DNA from: Chitinophagales bacterium
GTDB lineage: Bacteria > Bacteroidota > Bacteroidia > Chitinophagales > JADIYW01
Direction of reading: 5' to 3'
Length of the DNA stretch: 61,994 nucleotides
NCBI GenBank assembly: GCA_035438465.1
Contig: DAORIK010000002.1
Location: forward strand, 1-61,994
Position numbers and translations under genes: made by a program. Positions within the stretch are counted from its first letter, which is position 1. Each line of letters begins with the position of its first letter. The notes beneath the pieces are model-generated. The model was not told where the DNA came from and did no database searches. It saw only the letters and a program-made list of their open reading frames with translations. This document shows, piece after piece, positions 58,318-61,994 of the stretch.

Positions 58318-60213
58318 TTAGTCCATATACTTTCGCCAAAAATTTTGGAATACTATCAACGCCCAGATTTGCGCATGCACGTCACCCGGATTATTTGAGA
58401 ACAATTGTATTTTCAATTGTTGTATCATTTCTAACTTAAAAATCCCTTGTTGTTTGATATAATCATCGCTTAACCAATCATTCAGAATTTTATCTTTCAA
58501 GTCTGTTCTGAACCATTGCAGTAATGGTACTTCAAATCCTTTCTTAGGGCGATTGTATAATTCTTTCGGCAACACCTCACGAAAAGCATCCTGCACAATT
58601 TTCTTTTTCATTGTGGAATTAATCTTGCTTGTAACGGGCAACGAAAATGCAAATTCCACAATTCTGTAATCCAAAAACGGCACCCGCACTTCGAGTGAAT
58701 TACGCATACTCATTCTGTCTACTTTCACCAGCATATCATAAGGTAGCACCATATTTACATCTGCCAGTAAATTATCATTTAACGTTCCATCAAAGTTTAC
58801 AAAAGATGAAAAATGCTGACGTGTTTCTATAATTTCCGACATTGCCGCATCTACTTTGTCATTCAACAATTTCTCTGAAAAGGACAAATCGTTGATGCAA
58901 CACCATCGCCACCATCGCTCCGATGGCGACAAATCCATGCCCATAGAAAAGCGTTCTAACTGACGGATTTTGTTGCCTATATTTCCGCTCCTTGACTTTG
59001 GAAGTTTTTCCCAAACTGGTTGCAACAAATGAATAGCTTTTGCCTGCCATCCACCATTGCGCATTCGCCACTCGCCATAATGTTTGTTATAACCCGCAAA
59101 TAATTCATCGCCTGCATCCCCGGATAATGCTACGGTTACATGCTGACGTGTGAATTTTGATAAGATATTTACCAATAATGCTGAAGAATCTGCAAACGGT
59201 TCATCCGTATAATCTAACAGTTCATGTAAACTCTGAAATAAATCGTCGTTCTTTAATTTGAAAACAGTATGATTGGTATTGAAATGTTTGGCAACTAAAT
59301 TTGCATATGGTGTTTCATCAAAAAAATCATTGCCCTCAAAACCAATGGAAAAAGTATTGAGATGTTGTGTGTGGCGCGCTGCCATGGCGGTCACTACAGA
59401 CGAATCGATACCTCCACTCAGGAACGCACCCAACGGCACATCCGCAATCAGGCGCAAGCGTACCGAGTCATCCATCAACTCTATGAGTTTTTTCTTTTGT
59501 TCTTCGTACGACAATTGATTTTGTTCTGCTGCTAATGCATTATATGGAATCGTATACCATTTGCTTACTGCATACTGCATACTGCATACTTTTATAAAAG
59601 AACCAGGTTCAAGTCTCTGAATATTTTTAAATATTGAGTTCTTGCCAGGAATATAATTGAGCTGAAAATACAGACTCACCGAACTCCATCTGATTTCTTT
59701 TTTGACGGGAAACTGCAAAATGGATTTTAGTTCAGAGCCGAAGAAAAAATAATCTTCGTCTGCATAATAGTATAAAGGCTTGATGCCGAAACGATCACAG
59801 GCAATAAATAAATCATCTGTTTCTTTATCGTGAATGGCAAATGCAAAAAAGCCGTTCAGTTTGTGTAAAAAACTTTCACCGAAATGAATGTAGGCATACA
59901 GCAGTACTTCTGTGTCGGAATGTGTTTTGAATTGCACGCCTTTTTGCAGCAATTCATTTCTTATGGTTTGATAATTGAAAATTTCGCCATTGAAAATGAT
60001 AGAATATCTTCCTGATGCATCGTATTGCGGTTGATTGGCGGCGACTGAAGTATCAATAATGGATAGGCGTGCATGTACCAAAGATGCTTTCCCAATCGTT
60101 ACAAAATTCTGATTATCCGGACCGCGTTTATTTAAGGAAGTAGCGGCATTTTGCAACCATTGATGTTCTACAATTTTATTTTTAAACGAATATGCCCCTG
60201 CAATTCCACACAT
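58318..60213 (-). CDS. asnB: Asparagine synthase (glutamine-hydrolysing) family amidotransferase, polysaccharide-locus type
   Basis: MCGIAG Ntn start, RGPD, FNGEIFN, LSGGIDS, LSGDAGDELFAGY, RVPFLD. Confidence 0.95.
   Translation of the reverse strand: MCGIAGAYSFKNKIVEHQWLQNAATSLNKRGPDNQNFVTIGKASLVHARLSIIDTSVAANQPQYDASGRYSIIFNGEIFNYQTIRNELLQKGVQFKTHSDTEVLLYAYIHFGESFLHKLNGFFAFAIHDKETDDLFIACDRFGIKPLYYYADEDYFFFGSELKSILQFPVKKEIRWSSVSLYFQLNYIPGKNSIFKNIQRLEPGSFIKVCSMQYAVSKWYTIPYNALAAEQNQLSYEEQKKKLIELMDDSVRLRLIADVPLGAFLSGGIDSSVVTAMAARHTQHLNTFSIGFEGNDFFDETPYANLVAKHFNTNHTVFKLKNDDLFQSLHELLDYTDEPFADSSALLVNILSKFTRQHVTVALSGDAGDELFAGYNKHYGEWRMRNGGWQAKAIHLLQPVWEKLPKSRSGNIGNKIRQLERFSMGMDLSPSERWWRWCCINDLSFSEKLLNDKVDAAMSEIIETRQHFSSFVNFDGTLNDNLLADVNMVLPYDMLVKVDRMSMRNSLEVRVPFLDYRIVEFAFSLPVTSKINSTMKKKIVQDAFREVLPKELYNRPKKGFEVPLLQWFRTDLKDKILNDWLSDDYIKQQGIFKLEMIQQLKIQLFSNNPGDVHAQIWALIVFQNFWRKYMD
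59567..59587. repeat. 3 perfect ACTGCAT units in frame in asnB
   Basis: 21 nt encoding part of VCSMQYAV. Confidence 0.8.
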
Positions 60214-60217
60214 TTTA

Positions 60218-60245
60218 ATTTACAATTTACGATGTACAATGTACG
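60218..60245. repeat. 4 x ATKTACR 7-mer upstream of asnB
   Basis: ATTTACA ATTTACG ATGTACA ATGTACG; the same unit occurs at 18218-18231. Confidence 0.65.
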
Positions 60246-60325
60246 ATTTTTCTTATCACTTTTTGATGCCAAAAAGTTACAAAAAGCATTTATAATGTTT
60301 AAAAGTAATTCGGATACTTGTTTGT

Positions 60326-60962
60326 TTGTTGGAAACCAACAATGGCGGAAGAGGGACTCTGCGTTGTTGAACTTACGCAGAGTCCACTACGTGAGACTCT
60401 GCTGAGAAAAAAAGGAGGCTGCATTGCTGAACTTACGCAGAGTCCACTGCGTGAGACTCTGCTGAGAAAGAAAATCCGGTCAAAGACCCGGAGATTTATT
60501 ACACACGGGTCATCCTGCGGAAGACTCGCACGAGATAGAACCTTTGATTCCAAGCAGAGTCTCTTGAAAAGGACTCTGCGTTGTTGAACTTACGAAGAGT
60601 CCACTACGTGAGACTCTGTTGAGAAAAAAAAGTGAATAGTGAATAGTGCGAAAAAATATATCCTTCGCTACTCACGCGAGACTCCTGTCTCGTGTATGTT
60701 TAAAAAAAACAATCTTTGATTGGATGGATGTTTAGTTATAAGAATCCGGTCAAAGACCCGGAGATTTATTACATACGGGTCATCCTGCGGAAGACTCGCA
60801 CGAGATAGAACCTTTGATTCCAAGCAGAGTCTCTTGAAAAGGACTCTGCGTTGTTGAACTTACGCAGAGTCTACTACGTGAGACTCTGCCGAGAAAAAAT
60901 TTAAAAAATTATTAAGACAAAACGAATTATTTGGCAAGATTTCTCCTGCGCTCGAAATGACA
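60326..60962. repeat. Mosaic of REP-like palindromes with 60-bp tandem units and a 157-bp direct repeat
   Basis: GCAGAGTC-CAC-TAC-GTG-A-GACTCTGC hairpins at 60377, 60437, 60594 and 60864; 60473-60629 repeated at 60743-60899 with 5 mismatches. Confidence 0.9.
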
Positions 60963-60968
60963 GGAAGT

Positions 60969-61847
60969 CTAACTATTTCTCGAATCTTCTCCCCAATTCA
61001 ACTTTTCACGCAATGTGCTTAGGTAAGAACTTTCCGGCATACGCAATAGTTTGAATGAAAACCCTGCTTTTTTTACAGCAAGCTGAAAGGTATTGTCGAT
61101 ATTCACCGAGCGTGAATCTATGGAACATAAAAAATTATTGCTGCGGCATTCTACTTCAAACGACAACACCGTATTGTCTGCAATGATGATAGGGCGTGCA
61201 TTCAGGTTGTGCGGTGCTACCGGTGTCAGCACAAAGGTACCGGACGTAGGAAACACAATTGGTCCGCCGCAACTCAGCGAATACGCGGTAGAGCCTGTCG
61301 GCGTGGCGATAATCAGTCCATCTGCCCAAAAAGAATTTAAAAACTCTCCGTTCAGATATACGTGCACCACAATCATCGATGAAGAGTCTGTTTTGTGAAT
61401 GGTAAATTCATTCAACCCATAGTTAACTTCACCAAAAACGGGTCTGCTGGTTTCCACACTAATCAGTGTTCTATCTTCTATGGAATAGGTATTTTGCTCA
61501 ATAGATTCAATCAGTTCTTTAATTTCTTCCTTGTGAATATCCGCTAAAAAACCGAGTCTGCCCATATTAATACCGGCCACCGGAATTTCGCTGTCGCGTA
61601 CCAAATGCAGTGTATCTAATAAAGTACCGTCGCCGCCTAATGTAATTAGTAAGTCGATGTTTTTTTTAACGTCCTGATGATTCTTAAACGTATTTATTTT
61701 TTGTTTGGGAAGATGTTTTTTGAGTGCTTTATAATATTCATCAAAAACAAAAAATGTGATTTTTTTATTAGAAAGTTGTGCAATCAATTCCACTACATAC
61801 GGAATATGCTCTTCTTTTAAAACACGACTGTAGATTCCTATGGTCAT
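60969..61847 (-). CDS. nadK: NAD kinase
   Basis: LGGDGTLL, GINMGRLGFL, LNE, DGLIIATPTGSTAYSLSCGGP; start trimmed to 61847. Confidence 0.97.
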   Translation of the reverse strand: MTIGIYSRVLKEEHIPYVVELIAQLSNKKITFFVFDEYYKALKKHLPKQKINTFKNHQDVKKNIDLLITLGGDGTLLDTLHLVRDSEIPVAGINMGRLGFLADIHKEEIKELIESIEQNTYSIEDRTLISVETSRPVFGEVNYGLNEFTIHKTDSSSMIVVHVYLNGEFLNSFWADGLIIATPTGSTAYSLSCGGPIVFPTSGTFVLTPVAPHNLNARPIIIADNTVLSFEVECRSNNFLCSIDSRSVNIDNTFQLAVKKAGFSFKLLRMPESSYLSTLREKLNWGEDSRNS

Positions 61848-61860
61848 TCTATTAGCATTT

Positions 61861-61926
61861 AGTAGGCAAGTAGGCAGTAAAGCCAAAAATAAAATGAACT
61901 GCATACTGCATAGTCATTTACTGCAT
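61861..61926. repeat. AGTAGGCA x2 and ACTGCAT x3 units upstream of nadK
   Basis: AGTAGGCA AGTAGGCA (61861-61876); ACTGCAT at 61898, 61905 and 61920. Confidence 0.6.
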
Positions 61927-61994
61927 ACTAACCTAAAGCGGTTGCTCGAAATGTAAATATACGCCTTTCTTTAAATATCTGTTTATACTATATT

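Noticed and set aside
60299-60587. ORFs 60318..60587 (+) and 60299..60553 (-) with 20-aa repeats
   Set aside because: The peptide repeats simply reflect the 60-nt palindromic DNA unit; both strands are open by symmetry and there is no family resemblance.
60354-60899. CRISPR array
   Set aside because: Repeat spacing is irregular (60, 157, 270 nt), the intervening DNA is itself duplicated rather than unique spacers, and no cas genes are present.
2131-61398. The many 60-215 aa ORFs antisense to or nested in long genes (e.g. 7251..7733, 12542..13189, 10957..11496, 15151..15642)
   Set aside because: Shadow frames of well-supported genes, with no recognisable motifs.
1-61994. tRNA, rRNA, riboswitch, integrase, transposase or prophage genes
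   Set aside because: None recognised by eye; a covariance-model scan (tRNAscan-SE, Infernal/Rfam) of intergenic regions would be needed to exclude small RNAs.

Overview
AT-rich, gene-dense chromosomal segment of a Bacteroidota bacterium. Evidence for the phylum: TAnnTTTG -7 promoter boxes, Gln directly after many signal-peptide cleavage sites, a murF-alr fusion, N-terminally extended Rho and many SPII lipoproteins. A Chitinophagales-like placement is an unverified impression. Most of the window is housekeeping: trmB, birA, rsfS, ftsH, bshA, dsbD, purQ, murF-alr, polA, tsaB, S41 protease, yidD-rnpA-rpmH, rho, serS, pheS, nadK and a short surface-polysaccharide block (asnB, GT4, WecA-like). rpmH and the 5' part of rnpA are missing from the ORF track and were read by hand; rnpA appears to lack a canonical start codon. 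Accessory or unexplained items: (i) a beta-helix / diheme cytochrome c / beta-helix lipoprotein triad; (ii) tandem-duplicated family-5 solute-binding proteins with permeases but no ATPase; (iii) a PorE-like TPR-PD40 protein ending in LysM+SPOR instead of OmpA_C, followed by two paralogous coiled-coil proteins; (iv) two cysteine-free ArsR paralogs upstream of an AhpD/CMD gene; (v) a 650-bp mosaic of REP-like palindromes with a 157-bp direct repeat between asnB and nadK; (vi) more than a dozen short degenerate 7/8-mer tandem tracts at gene boundaries and in frame inside birA, dsbD, asnB and one signal peptide. No rRNA, tRNA, CRISPR array, transposase or phage gene was recognised. Family assignments come from motif recognition and memory, not database searches.
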